Shown here in pieces: positions 27,673-37,643 of a DNA stretch of 64,000 nt. The notes under the pieces are model-generated. The model was not told the origin of the DNA. It did not search any database and was given only the letters and a program-made list of their open reading frames with translations. Numbering within the stretch: position 1 is the first letter of the stretch; every line of letters begins with the position of its first letter. The stretch covers positions 69,755 through 133,754 of the forward strand of contig CAYGNH010000007.1 of assembly GCA_964351315.1 (NCBI GenBank), written 5' to 3'. The stretch is from an uncultured Pseudobdellovibrionaceae bacterium (GTDB lineage Bacteria > Bdellovibrionota > Bdellovibrionia > Bdellovibrionales > JAGQZY01). Both the position numbers and the translations under genes were made by a program.

Positions 27673-28692
27673 ATGAAAGACCAAATCATCGCACAACAAT
27701 CCGTTTATGAAATTAAGCAATGCTTAGGGAGTGGCCTAACTAGTGAAGTTTACAAGGCCTTTCGTAGAGACTCAGAAAGATTCACTCGTCAAGAGGTGGC
27801 CCTCAAAGTTATTAAATCTCGGAAAGATGTCCAAATTTTTAAAAAGGAGTTTGAAAGCCTGGTCAAGGTCAACTCCAAATACTGTGTCCAGTTTTTAGCA
27901 TGGGAGAACTTTGACAGAGGCCCCGCGCTGGTGCTCGAGTTTATTGATGGCATCACTCTCAGCCAACTGTGGAAGTCTGGCGAGCTCAACATCGAGGAAT
28001 CCGTAGAGATTTTAGTTCAAGTTCGATTGGGATTAGAAGCCTTGCACCGGCATCAAGTTTTTCATGGCGACCTAAACTTTAAAAATATCATGATCAACAA
28101 GCAGGGGTTGGTGAAAATCATTGATTTTGGCTTTGGAACAGAGAACGAGCAGTGTTTGACCCCCGAATTTGCAGCCCCTTCTCGTCTTGCCGGGCGACCA
28201 CCCGACGCAGAAGCCGATTGGTATTCCTATGAAAAAATTGGTGAAAAGCTTATGGGCAGGCCCGCGTTCCTGGCGCAATTGCAAAACGAAGTTCCACGGG
28301 GGGCTAGACGCCGGCGATTGGCCAAACAGATTAGCGATTTATCCAATCGAGCACCAGACAAAACACTCCGCTGGCAACCGGTAGCAAAACTGCGAGTGGC
28401 TACCCATTGGCAGGCAAAAGTGTGCGCCAGTATTTTATGTTTTGCTTTTACTTTTTGGCCTAAAAATGATTTTTCAAACCCTGAGTTTGCGCACCTCCAG
28501 TTGCGCTCTAACAACTGGTTTCAGTACTCCCTGAATAATCTGCCGTTTCAGTACGGACCCGTTCAAACAAAACTGTTGCGAAAAGGGCGTTACCAATTGT
28601 CTTGGCGACTTGGGGAAGGTCGTGGAAGTCGCGCCTTTAATTTGGAATCAGGTCGGACATTTTTATTGAAACCTGAAGGGAACAATCTATGA
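27673..28692 (+). CDS. Hanks-type Ser/Thr protein kinase with a TM and a small C-terminal extracytoplasmic domain
   Basis: It has VALKVIK (catalytic Lys), HGDLNFKNIMI (HxDxxxxN) and IIDFGFG (DFG). A TM (VCASILCFAFTFW) is followed by ~90 aa. Confidence 0.85.
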   Translation: MKDQIIAQQSVYEIKQCLGSGLTSEVYKAFRRDSERFTRQEVALKVIKSRKDVQIFKKEFESLVKVNSKYCVQFLAWENFDRGPALVLEFIDGITLSQLWKSGELNIEESVEILVQVRLGLEALHRHQVFHGDLNFKNIMINKQGLVKIIDFGFGTENEQCLTPEFAAPSRLAGRPPDAEADWYSYEKIGEKLMGRPAFLAQLQNEVPRGARRRRLAKQISDLSNRAPDKTLRWQPVAKLRVATHWQAKVCASILCFAFTFWPKNDFSNPEFAHLQLRSNNWFQYSLNNLPFQYGPVQTKLLRKGRYQLSWRLGEGRGSRAFNLESGRTFLLKPEGNNL

Positions 28693-28701
28693 TATTGGGT
28701 A

Positions 28702-29508
28702 ATGGCAGCATTGATAACATTGATTTTATTTGGGGTTCTACAGGGGCTCACGGAGTTCTTGCCCGTATCAAGTTCTGGCCACCTCACTTTGTTTCAATAT
28801 TTTTCTGAAAGTCTCAATGATAACTTATCTTTGAATGTTGCTGTCCACATTGGGACGCTGTTGACCATTCTCATTTTTTACCGTGCCGATATTAAGCAAA
28901 TTGTTCGTGGGGTTCTGCAAAAAGATAAAGAGGCGATTTCAATGACCACCTTGATTGTGGTGGCTAGTATTCCAACGGCCATTATTGGATTGTTTATGAA
29001 AAAAAAGATGGATTGGATTTTAACCAATCCCTTGGTCGCCGCCATAGGGCTATTAATTACGGGTTTGATTCTTTTCTTTTCAGATCGAATTCGAGTCGGA
29101 CAGAACTTTCAAACTGGTTTTGGAATTGGTCTCTCAAAAGCTTTCTTGGTGGGGGTTGTACAAGGTTTGGCCGTTATGCCAGGAATTAGTCGATCGGGTT
29201 CAACCATTGTCATGGGTCTTTGCTTGGGAATGAACCCGAAAAATGCCTCTCGATTCAGCTTTTTAATCTCTGTCCCAGCGATCGCGGGCGCCGGGTTGCT
29301 TGAAGCTATGGACCTGCAACAAGGCATTGAGTGGACGAGTTTGCTCATAGGCGGTGTGGCCTCTTTTTTGACTGGTCTGGTCGCCATTGCCTTGATGGTG
29401 CGGATCACAATGAAAGGTCACCTGAAAGGCTTCAGCTATTATGTAGTTAGCCTGTCGATCCTTTTTTTAATCTGCTACAGCCAAGGCTGGGGCCAAGACG
29501 TCTTTTAA
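28702..29508 (+). CDS. uppP: Undecaprenyl-diphosphate phosphatase
   Basis: 268 aa with LQGLTEFLPVSSSGHL and PGISRSGSTI, the BacA/UppP motifs. Confidence 0.92.
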   Translation: MAALITLILFGVLQGLTEFLPVSSSGHLTLFQYFSESLNDNLSLNVAVHIGTLLTILIFYRADIKQIVRGVLQKDKEAISMTTLIVVASIPTAIIGLFMKKKMDWILTNPLVAAIGLLITGLILFFSDRIRVGQNFQTGFGIGLSKAFLVGVVQGLAVMPGISRSGSTIVMGLCLGMNPKNASRFSFLISVPAIAGAGLLEAMDLQQGIEWTSLLIGGVASFLTGLVAIALMVRITMKGHLKGFSYYVVSLSILFLICYSQGWGQDVF

Positions 29509-29621
29509 GTAATACACCGCATCCAACGCCAAAGGCCATGTGTCGGTCTGTTTGCTAGAACGGGGTCTTTTCCGATAAACCCTAAGGATTGATCTCTCTA
29601 TATTATATCGGTGGCGGCAAC

Positions 29622-29834
29622 ATGAAAAATGCAGAAATGATTAAAGATTTTGAAAGTTTGGTTGAGGAGCTTATGAAGGAAGATCCCAATGAAAATCAGA
29701 TTAAAATTTTGATGGAAAAACTAGAGTTAGATTATCGAACAGACTCTGTCGATCGCATAGCAAGTGTATTAGACAAAATGAACCAGTTGGTCTTCGAGTC
29801 GAAAAAAACAAAGGGTGATTATGATTTACAATAG
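29622..29834 (+). CDS. Hypothetical small acidic helical protein (70 aa)
   Basis: ATG 29622 gives MKNAEMIKDFESLVEEL…; the track starts at TTG 29589. Its end overlaps the CBS start. I recognise no family. Confidence 0.4.
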   Translation: MKNAEMIKDFESLVEELMKEDPNENQIKILMEKLELDYRTDSVDRIASVLDKMNQLVFESKKTKGDYDLQ

Positions 29835-31200
29835 TATTCTAGAAACCGTTGGCAACACTCCGATCGTTGAACTGAAAAACGTCGTTCCGAAAAACTCGCC
29901 ACACAAGTTTTGGGCTAAGCTCGAGTACTTTAACCCAGGTTTAAGCGTTAAAGACCGAATCGCCTTAGCCTTGGTCGAAGGGGCCGAGTCGCGAGGCCAG
30001 CTTAAGCCGGGTGGAACAATTATTGAAGCCACGTCCGGGAACACGGGGATGGGGTTGGCTTTAGTGGCTGCGGTCAAAGGTTATAAAGCCATTTTCGTTA
30101 TGCCAGACAAAATCAGTGAAGAAAAAAGGGCCGCTCTGCGCGCCTATGGAGCCAAAGTTGTGATCACTCCAACGGCCGTTGAGCCTGAAGATCCACGCAG
30201 CTATCTGTCGATTTCAAAGAAATTAGCCGAGATCACTCCGGGAAGCTTTTTAACCAACCAATATCACAACCCAGACAACCCTAAAATTCACTATGAAAAA
30301 ACCGGCCCCGAAATTTGGGATCAGACGGAAGGCAAGTTGGATGTATTTGTGGCAGGAGCTGGAACAGGCGGAACAGTCTCTGGTACTGGAAAATATTTAA
30401 AAGAGAAAAATCCAAAGGTGAAAATCCTTTGCCCGGACCCGGTGGGCAGTATTTTATATGATTTATTTTACCATAAAGAAGTCAAAAATCCCCCGCAGCC
30501 CTACAAGGTTGAAGGCGTGGGCGAAGACATGCTTCCGGATAACGTCCATTTGGATGTTATTGACGATTTTGTCCAGGTGGGTGACAAAGAGTCTTTCATG
30601 ATGACCCGAGAATTGGTGTCTAAAGAGGGAATTTGTGTGGGCCCATCATCAGCTATGGCCCTTGTCGGGGCCATCAAATATTCGGAAACGCTGGATAAAC
30701 CCCATAATTTTTTAATCATGATGGCCGACAGTGGACGGGCCTATTTGAGTAAAGCCTTCAACGATGATTGGTTGCGAGACAATGATTTCCTTCCTTCGCC
30801 CATGAAATTTACCAGCATCGATGACTTGTTGAAATCAAGAGATAAAGAGATGCCGGTGATCTCTGCCAATGTCGACAACAATGTCTTGGAAGTGGTAAAT
30901 TTATTAAAGAACAATGGAATTTCACAAGTGCCTGTGTTTTCCGATGGAGAACTGGTCGGCGTTCTCGACGAGTCCGATTTGATCCTACCCCTGGCGACAG
31001 GGAAGTTGAAACCCACAGAGCCTATTATTCATTTAATAAAAGGCTCTATTGTTTGGGTGGATCCTCATGATGATCTTGAAGGTCTTTCCCGTCATTTTGA
31101 GAAAGGTTTTATTGCCCTAGTGAAAGACCCACAAGAAAAGTTGCATATTTTAACCAAAATCGATTTGCTTCAATATATCAGTGAGCATTTCAACATGTAG
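29815..31200 (+). CDS. Cystathionine beta-synthase (PLP fold type II + tandem CBS domains)
   Basis: It has NPGLSVKDR (PLP Lys), TSGNTGMGLA and GAGTGGT, with a C-terminal CBS pair. The start is GTG 29815 or ATG 29821. Confidence 0.85.
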   Translation: MIMIYNSILETVGNTPIVELKNVVPKNSPHKFWAKLEYFNPGLSVKDRIALALVEGAESRGQLKPGGTIIEATSGNTGMGLALVAAVKGYKAIFVMPDKISEEKRAALRAYGAKVVITPTAVEPEDPRSYLSISKKLAEITPGSFLTNQYHNPDNPKIHYEKTGPEIWDQTEGKLDVFVAGAGTGGTVSGTGKYLKEKNPKVKILCPDPVGSILYDLFYHKEVKNPPQPYKVEGVGEDMLPDNVHLDVIDDFVQVGDKESFMMTRELVSKEGICVGPSSAMALVGAIKYSETLDKPHNFLIMMADSGRAYLSKAFNDDWLRDNDFLPSPMKFTSIDDLLKSRDKEMPVISANVDNNVLEVVNLLKNNGISQVPVFSDGELVGVLDESDLILPLATGKLKPTEPIIHLIKGSIVWVDPHDDLEGLSRHFEKGFIALVKDPQEKLHILTKIDLLQYISEHFNM

Positions 31201-31213
31201 TTAGGAGTCACCA

Positions 31214-32365
31214 ATGGACTTTAAAGAAATGGGTTTTGCGACCCGAGCCATCCATGCAGGACAATCCCCGGATCCAACAACGGGTGCGATTATGACACCT
31301 CTGTACTTAACGTCCACCTTTGTGCAGTCGTCTCCGGGTGAGCACAAGGGATACGAGTATAGTCGCACCTCCAATCCCACTCGGAAGGCTTACGAAGATT
31401 GTTTGGCCAGCCTCGAGTCTGGAAAGTATGGATTTGGATTTGCTTCTGGTTGCGCTGCCTCGACGACTATTTTACATCTGGTGAAGGCAGGGGACCATGT
31501 TATTGCATCGGATGACCTTTACGGAGGAACTTTTCGACTTTTTGACAAAGTGATCCGTCACAACGGAATTGATTTCTCTTTTGTGGATATGTCAAATCCA
31601 GAAAATATTGAAAAAGCCCTACAAGACAATTCGAAAATGATATGGATTGAAACTCCAACCAACCCGATGTTGAAGCTCGTTGATATTAAAGCTTGTTCAA
31701 AGATTGGGAAATCAAAGGGCTTAATAACAGTCGTCGACAATACGTTTATGAGCCCATATTTTCAAAAACCCCTCGAATTGGGTGCGGACATTGTTGTTCA
31801 CTCAACCACAAAATTTATTAATGGACATAGTGACATCGTTGGTGGTGCTGTGGTCGTCAATGACTCAGACATTGCAGAAAAGCTGGCCTTCCTCAGCAAT
31901 TCTATGGGTGGGATTTGCTCACCATTTGATGCTTTTATGTGCATGCGAAGTTTAAAAACTTTGCCGGTGAGAATGCGAGCTCACGAAGCCAACGCCCTTA
32001 AAATCGTGGATTTTCTTGATAATCACAATCAGGTGGAGAGAGTTATTTATCCAGGACTTGAAAGTCACCCTCAACATGAGCTGGCAAAACAACAGATGTC
32101 TGGGTTCGGCGGAATGATCACATTCTATATGAGGGGTGGACTGGAGCCAGCACGTAAACTGTTAGAAAGAGTGAAGGTTTTTTCTTTGGCCGAAAGCTTG
32201 GGAGGGGTGGAATCACTGATTGAACACCCGGCCATTATGACTCATGCGAGCGTACCGGCAGAGATTCGAAAAGAACTGGGGATCGATGATGGATTGGTCC
32301 GTTTGAGTGTGGGGATTGAGGATGTGGAAGATCTTTTAGCTGATCTGGAACAAGCTCTCGGTTGA
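31214..32365 (+). CDS. Cystathionine gamma-lyase/gamma-synthase family PLP enzyme
   Basis: 383 aa with YSRTSNPT, VDNTFMSPYFQ and HSTTKFINGHSD (PLP Lys). It is adjacent to CBS, consistent with reverse transsulfuration. Confidence 0.85.
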   Translation: MDFKEMGFATRAIHAGQSPDPTTGAIMTPLYLTSTFVQSSPGEHKGYEYSRTSNPTRKAYEDCLASLESGKYGFGFASGCAASTTILHLVKAGDHVIASDDLYGGTFRLFDKVIRHNGIDFSFVDMSNPENIEKALQDNSKMIWIETPTNPMLKLVDIKACSKIGKSKGLITVVDNTFMSPYFQKPLELGADIVVHSTTKFINGHSDIVGGAVVVNDSDIAEKLAFLSNSMGGICSPFDAFMCMRSLKTLPVRMRAHEANALKIVDFLDNHNQVERVIYPGLESHPQHELAKQQMSGFGGMITFYMRGGLEPARKLLERVKVFSLAESLGGVESLIEHPAIMTHASVPAEIRKELGIDDGLVRLSVGIEDVEDLLADLEQALG

Positions 32366-32410
32366 CAAAAAACCAGGGATTCAGTAGCTATTGTCTTTCT
32401 ATTTTGAACT

Positions 32411-32486
<76 letters not shown>

Positions 32487-32516
32487 TTTTTTTCTTCTAG
32501 ACTCAAAGGGGGGCCC

Positions 32517-32819
32517 ATGAAGACAATCGCTACAACTCTATTCCTATTTTTTTTCGCATTCAACGCCAGCGCGGCGGATGTGATCTGCAGTAATCCCACC
32601 GACGAAAGCAAATCAGAAGTTAAAATCAACTTTGTTCCGTCAAACCCAGGACTCTATATGACTTTTGAGTATGCCTTCGGGAACATCAACAAAGAAGGCT
32701 TTGCCATCGTGACTCGCGACAAAAAGGAAGGAAGGGTCTTATATAAACTAGACCGATACGTTCTTGTGGAGAAAGACGGGAAGTACTCAATGCCTGGATA
32801 CGATCTAGAGTGTAAGTAA
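32517..32819 (+). CDS. Hypothetical small secreted protein
   Basis: 100 aa with a signal peptide (…FNASAADV) and 2 Cys. A terminator follows it. Confidence 0.55.
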   Translation: MKTIATTLFLFFFAFNASAADVICSNPTDESKSEVKINFVPSNPGLYMTFEYAFGNINKEGFAIVTRDKKEGRVLYKLDRYVLVEKDGKYSMPGYDLECK

Positions 32820-32840
32820 ACTTTTTGAAATTCTAAATTA

Positions 32841-32877
32841 GAAAAGCCACTGGATGTTTTTCCCGTGGCTTTTTTTA
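32841..32877. terminator. Rho-independent terminator (usable in both directions)
   Basis: AAAGCCAC(32843-50), a 14-nt loop, GTGGCTTT(32865-72), then a T-run. The minus strand also reads as stem followed by TTTTCTAATTT. It overlaps the stop of the convergent DUF3667 gene. Confidence 0.7.
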
Positions 32878-33879
32878 TAGACGTTCTATGTTGAGGGCGG
32901 CGACGTAAAGTACTTGAATTAAAATCAGAGACATAAGAAGCGTGCCATAGGTGGTCGCTCCCAGTAAAACAGAAAATATGGTTTTAATTAGGCGCCTTCG
33001 CCCTTTCGAGAAGACATCTAAATAAGAGTAAAACAAATAAAATGAAGTTACGATCATCGTTGTCAAAAGTGTTGTTCCATTGAAGGTCGGCAAGACCCAA
33101 TAGAAAACTGAAAGCATCAAAGTCAACAGCAGCAGCTGCGAGTAGATGTAGGAATTGATGGTGATGTGTTCTGCAAAGTTGAGTTTCTGTTCTCTAAAAA
33201 AAAAGAAAGAAAACAATGAAAATACAGGAATCCAAAGAACAAGAAAAATCTTCAAGGTATCAAAAAGAGTTTTGTGATATTTAGGTAATAGATATTTGAT
33301 GAACTCTAGAAACTCTCGCTTTGAAGCTTTTTTATCAATTTTCTGACCAAGAAAATCCAATTTTAATAAAACTTTATTTTCGTCTTCAAGGTTGATCACG
33401 CCAAAGGAGTCTGCATCGGAGTCTTTGATCGGGCGCGCTTCCGGATTTTTTTTAACCAAACTCTGTTGAGTTTCCTGATCAGAGAGGTGAATGGTGTTGC
33501 CAACTTGGGTGACAGAAAGGGTTTCAACCATTCCGGTTAGGCTTTCAAAAAAGCCAAAGTGTTTTTCAAGAAAAGAAATATTGAGGGTGAATAAAACGAC
33601 GAAGAGCAAAGTGTATTTGCCGGCTGAAAGATAGCGTTTGCGTTGCCCGGCCAGGTAGTCCAGGAGCATTGCGCCGGGGCGGTGAAAAAGGTCGATCGCT
33701 GTTTTCAAGAATCCACGGTCGGAATCCGAAAGGGCATCCAGAAAGTCTTTGATCACTTCGAGTGTGGTCAGGCGACGGGTTTGTGCTTTTTGTCCGCAGT
33801 CTGGACAGAACCAGCCGCAAAAGCGAGTCTCGCAGTTAAGACACTGGGTTTGTAATGGTTGTTCCTTTTTCCTGAGCAC
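32875..33879 (-). CDS. DUF3667-like membrane protein with an N-terminal zinc ribbon
   Basis: 334 aa with CLNCETRFCGWFCPDCGQ, then multiple TM helices. Confidence 0.65.
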   Translation of the reverse strand: MLRKKEQPLQTQCLNCETRFCGWFCPDCGQKAQTRRLTTLEVIKDFLDALSDSDRGFLKTAIDLFHRPGAMLLDYLAGQRKRYLSAGKYTLLFVVLFTLNISFLEKHFGFFESLTGMVETLSVTQVGNTIHLSDQETQQSLVKKNPEARPIKDSDADSFGVINLEDENKVLLKLDFLGQKIDKKASKREFLEFIKYLLPKYHKTLFDTLKIFLVLWIPVFSLFSFFFFREQKLNFAEHITINSYIYSQLLLLTLMLSVFYWVLPTFNGTTLLTTMIVTSFYLFYSYLDVFSKGRRRLIKTIFSVLLGATTYGTLLMSLILIQVLYVAALNIERL

Positions 33880-33949
33880 ATCGGAGTCCTATGGTCATTC
33901 CCCAGAAAAGTCCACTTGCGGGGTTTACCGCAATGCACTATAAGGGGTC

Positions 33950-34972
33950 ATGCGTGAGGAAGAGCTTCTCCAGTCTTTAAAGGATAACCCTTTTGTTTTA
34001 GCCCCAATGGCAGCGATCACAGATCGTGTGTTCCGATTGTTTATGCGCCGACAAGGGGCTGGGATATTGACCTCAGAGCTAATTTCGGCCAATGGACTTC
34101 TCTACAACAATGAAAAAACCAAGCAAATGATGCGGTTTTTTGAAGAAGAAAGGCCGATTGGAATTCAAATTTTTGGTGAAGAGGAAGGGGCTTTGGTGAA
34201 TGCGGCCCAATATGTGGAGCAACTGGGGGCTGATTTTGTCGATATTAATTTGGGGTGCCCAGTTAAAAAAGTTGTCAAAAAGGGGGCGGGCTCGGCCATG
34301 CTTCGAGAGCCAGATAAGCTCCGGCGCATTTGCCGTACAATTAAAAGCAAAATTCAAATTCCGCTGACACTAAAGATTCGAACCGGCTGGGATCAAGAGA
34401 GTCGGAACGCCTTAGATATTGTTCAGTTGGCTTACGATGAAGGGGTCACTTGGGTGGCCATTCATGGGCGCACACGCAGTCAGGCCTATAATGGTCATGC
34501 CGACTGGGACTATATCGCTGGGGTCAAGGCCAATAGCCCGATTCCCATCATAGGAAATGGTGACATTACTTCTCCTGAAGTTGCTGTCAAGCGATTGCGG
34601 AACTCTGGCTGTGACGCCGTAATGATCGGAAGGGGTTGTCTAAAAAACCCATGGATTTTTCAGCAATCTCTGAAGTTATTTAATAACACTGATTTTGACC
34701 CCTTGTCTTACGACTATCTTCCCTTGTTTCTTCATTTACGCGAAGTGGCTGAGGGCGAAATGGATGAGCGGGTTTTATGTCTACTTTTTAGAAAGCTTGG
34801 GAATTGGTTTTCTTCTGGTTTGCCTGGTTCAGGTGAGTTTCGTCGACAGATCTTTTCGGCTCGTGGGCTAGAGCAAACCTTTGCAGTGATTGAAGACTAT
34901 TACTCCGACCTTCACCCCAGTCTGCGCAAGGACACGTCTCAAGAGGCCTTTCTTAAAGGGGGGCACGGGTAA
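33950..34972 (+). CDS. tRNA-dihydrouridine synthase
   Basis: 340 aa with FVLAPMAAITD, DINLGCP and AIHGRTR, the Dus family motifs. Confidence 0.9.
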   Translation: MREEELLQSLKDNPFVLAPMAAITDRVFRLFMRRQGAGILTSELISANGLLYNNEKTKQMMRFFEEERPIGIQIFGEEEGALVNAAQYVEQLGADFVDINLGCPVKKVVKKGAGSAMLREPDKLRRICRTIKSKIQIPLTLKIRTGWDQESRNALDIVQLAYDEGVTWVAIHGRTRSQAYNGHADWDYIAGVKANSPIPIIGNGDITSPEVAVKRLRNSGCDAVMIGRGCLKNPWIFQQSLKLFNNTDFDPLSYDYLPLFLHLREVAEGEMDERVLCLLFRKLGNWFSSGLPGSGEFRRQIFSARGLEQTFAVIEDYYSDLHPSLRKDTSQEAFLKGGHG

Positions 34973-36082
34973 CTAAGGGTCTTCGAAGGATTGATTTTCC
35001 CGATTCAATTGGTCAGGGTCGAGGTTTTTTTCCGAGTCAAGAGTCTCGCCAAGCCCCTCTTTTGTGGGTTCCAAATTCAAATCTTCGCTTTTTTCCGCTG
35101 GTTCTTTTGCGGGATTTTCATTTAAGAAAGGATCGTCATGGGCTAGAGGCTCGTCGGCCTCGGGAAATTTTTCGAAGTCGCCGGGGTTTTCAGCTTCTTT
35201 GCCGAGGTCTTCCTGGTTGACCGAGTCGGCGTCTTCAAAGAAAGCCCCTTCATCAATATCGTTAAATTCTTCAAAAAGCTGATCTTCGATGGTGGAGTCA
35301 AACATATCGATAGAAAAATAATCAAAGGGCCAATCACTATCTTCCATAAGCATCTTAATGTAGATATACAATTCATCACTTATTCTTTTAGTACGATACA
35401 TTCGTTGTAAAATAATTTTCATTCTCCACAAATTATTTTGAGAGAGTTTTCTTTTAACTAAACTCTTTCCTAAACGTTTTGGGCTGGGTAGCAAAGAAAC
35501 CAGGAAAATACTCTCTAAGGAATTTAGTGAGCTGGCTGATTTCCCAAAATAGTGATAGGCAGCAGACTGAATTCCAAAAATACCGTCCCCAAACTCAACC
35601 ACATTGGCATATTTTTCTAAGATTTGGGTTTTCGAGAGCTTCTCTTCAATTTGTTTTGCGATAAAGAACTCTTTAAATTTTCTGCTGACACTTTTTTCCG
35701 AAGAGAGATAAAGATTCTTGGCTAGCTGTTGAGTTAATGTTGATCCTCCGCGAGCAAATTTCCATTCAACAAAATTTCTTCTGAAGCTTTCTTTAATTTC
35801 ATTCCAGTCAAAACCTTTATGAGAATAGAAACTTGCATCCTCCGAAAGTATAAGGGCTTGAAAAAAATGTTTTGGTATTTGTTTAAAGCGAACATAATTT
35901 GGATTTGACGGGCACAAGTTAACCTTGAACATTTTTGTGGTTAAGCACTTATTCGGATCCTTAATGGTTTGAGTCTGCCAAAAGATAAACCCACCGTAGC
36001 TTCCGATAAACAAGATAAGGGTCAATGTTCCCAATAATAGAAATTTTATAAAGAGTCGAGCAGACCCTGTTGTTTCATCCAT
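34973..36082 (-). CDS. mtgA: Monofunctional peptidoglycan glycosyltransferase (GT51) with a ~115-aa acidic C-terminal extension
   Basis: It has EDASFYSHKGFDWNEI and RGGSTLTQQLAKN, the GT51 motifs, and an N-terminal TM. The C-terminus is D/E-rich. Confidence 0.85.
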   Translation of the reverse strand: MDETTGSARLFIKFLLLGTLTLILFIGSYGGFIFWQTQTIKDPNKCLTTKMFKVNLCPSNPNYVRFKQIPKHFFQALILSEDASFYSHKGFDWNEIKESFRRNFVEWKFARGGSTLTQQLAKNLYLSSEKSVSRKFKEFFIAKQIEEKLSKTQILEKYANVVEFGDGIFGIQSAAYHYFGKSASSLNSLESIFLVSLLPSPKRLGKSLVKRKLSQNNLWRMKIILQRMYRTKRISDELYIYIKMLMEDSDWPFDYFSIDMFDSTIEDQLFEEFNDIDEGAFFEDADSVNQEDLGKEAENPGDFEKFPEADEPLAHDDPFLNENPAKEPAEKSEDLNLEPTKEGLGETLDSEKNLDPDQLNRENQSFEDP

Positions 36083-37044
36083 GAAATACTTTCCTCGATG
36101 GCCGTCCTGGCAGGGGTTGGTTTGAAGCCTAGCTCATCGCGGGCTCGCTGATTGTTGAACCAATGATAAAGTGAGGCCGTGATAGCAGTTTCTGAGCTGA
36201 GCGACGTCTCAGCTCCTAAATAACGAATGAAATCTCCAAAATGTCCCATGCCTTTCATAAAAAAACGAGGGATTGGAATGTTTGGAGCCGGCACTCCAGC
36301 GACACTTGCGATCATGGCAAATAATTCTTTGATCGTTAGATTGTCACCGCTAATAATATAGCGTCTAGCTGGCTGACCTTTTTCGAGGCACAAATGAATG
36401 GCTTTAATGACGTCCTTGGCGTAGACGACATTGACGCCTCCAGGTGGGTACAGTTTAAAAGTCCCTTTTGCCACCTTTATTTGTGTTTTACGACTGCCCT
36501 TAGTGCCATCGCCAGCGCCATAAATTGTTGAGGGGTTTATTAGATAAACTGGAAGACCATTTTGTTTAAAAGCATTGATTGCCAATTCTTCGGCCAGTCT
36601 CTTTGTTTCAAAATAGCCAAGATTGTATTTGGCAAGATTATACTCGAAGGTCTCGTCTATCGGCTCGGGTTTAATATTGGCACCAATAGTGACAACAGAA
36701 CTGAGGTGCAAAACTTTTTGGATCTTATGAGTGATGCAGGCATCCAAGAGTGCAGCAGTTCCATCTACATTTATTTTGTCCATCATTTCTCGATCAGATT
36801 TTTTATAGGCAATAAAGCCCGCTAAATGATAAACGTAGTCTTGGTTTTCACAGGCTTTTAATAAAGATAAACGATCAGTGATATCCCCGTAGTGAACTTT
36901 GATCGGCAAGCCGACGAAGGGTTCCATGTTGCTGGTTTTTCTTGCAAGAATAGAGACTTCTACACCAAGGTTGCAAAGATCTTTTACCAGGTGCCTTCCT
37001 AAAAAACCTGTGGCACCCGTGACTAAAGCCTTTTTATTCTTCAA
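36046..37044 (-). CDS. NAD-dependent epimerase/dehydratase (extended SDR)
   Basis: 332 aa with VTGATGFLGRHL (Rossmann) and YxxxK (YFETKRLAE). Confidence 0.85.
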   Translation of the reverse strand: MKNKKALVTGATGFLGRHLVKDLCNLGVEVSILARKTSNMEPFVGLPIKVHYGDITDRLSLLKACENQDYVYHLAGFIAYKKSDREMMDKINVDGTAALLDACITHKIQKVLHLSSVVTIGANIKPEPIDETFEYNLAKYNLGYFETKRLAEELAINAFKQNGLPVYLINPSTIYGAGDGTKGSRKTQIKVAKGTFKLYPPGGVNVVYAKDVIKAIHLCLEKGQPARRYIISGDNLTIKELFAMIASVAGVPAPNIPIPRFFMKGMGHFGDFIRYLGAETSLSSETAITASLYHWFNNQRARDELGFKPTPARTAIEESISWMKQQGLLDSL

Positions 37045-37630
37045 TGATAATCCTTTTGAGTTCCACTTTACTTAAAGGTTTCATCATTGCATCTCGAGGC
37101 ACTCGACTAATTTTATCAACAACAGCAAAGCCTTTGTCGACTTCACCCATGACGGTATATCTTTCATCTAAGTGTGGGGACTTTGATGTGGTGATAAAAA
37201 ACTGACTACCCACCGAGTTCTCATCGTCGGAAATTCTGGCCATTCCAACGAGATAAGGTTTATCAAACTTTAAACCATTTTTTTCATCCTTGATTGTATA
37301 GCCTGGCCAACCTTTTCCATTACCCCAAGGGCAGCCAGTTTGAATTCCCAGCTCGGGATGGACTTTGTGAAAAATCATATCTTGATAAAAAGGAGTATCT
37401 TTAATTTTTTTACCTGAGCGAACATCTCGAAATTGTTTTTCCCCCGTAGAAAGACCAACAAAATTTTCGACATAGTTGGGGGCTTCTTTTTTGTAGAGCT
37501 TGAGCCGAATGTCTCCGAGCGAAGTTTTTAAAGTCGCAAAAGCAAAAAGAGCATTTCCCTGTGCAAATCCACGGGCTGGAAACAAAATGAATAGACAAAT
37601 CAACAGGCGTAACACAACTCTTAGTTTCAA
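37034..37630 (-). CDS. Secreted cyclophilin-type peptidyl-prolyl isomerase
   Basis: 198 aa with a signal peptide. The motifs FHKVHPELGIQTG and SVGSQFFIT are cyclophilin hallmarks. Confidence 0.88.
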   Translation of the reverse strand: MKLRVVLRLLICLFILFPARGFAQGNALFAFATLKTSLGDIRLKLYKKEAPNYVENFVGLSTGEKQFRDVRSGKKIKDTPFYQDMIFHKVHPELGIQTGCPWGNGKGWPGYTIKDEKNGLKFDKPYLVGMARISDDENSVGSQFFITTSKSPHLDERYTVMGEVDKGFAVVDKISRVPRDAMMKPLSKVELKRIIIEE

Positions 37631-37643
37631 TGATTTTAATGGT

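Noticed and set aside
29509-29621. Possible SAM or other sulfur-metabolite riboswitch upstream of the CBS/CGL genes.
   Set aside because: I could not find the conserved SAM-I/II core motifs or a convincing multi-stem structure. The region is short and includes a small ORF.
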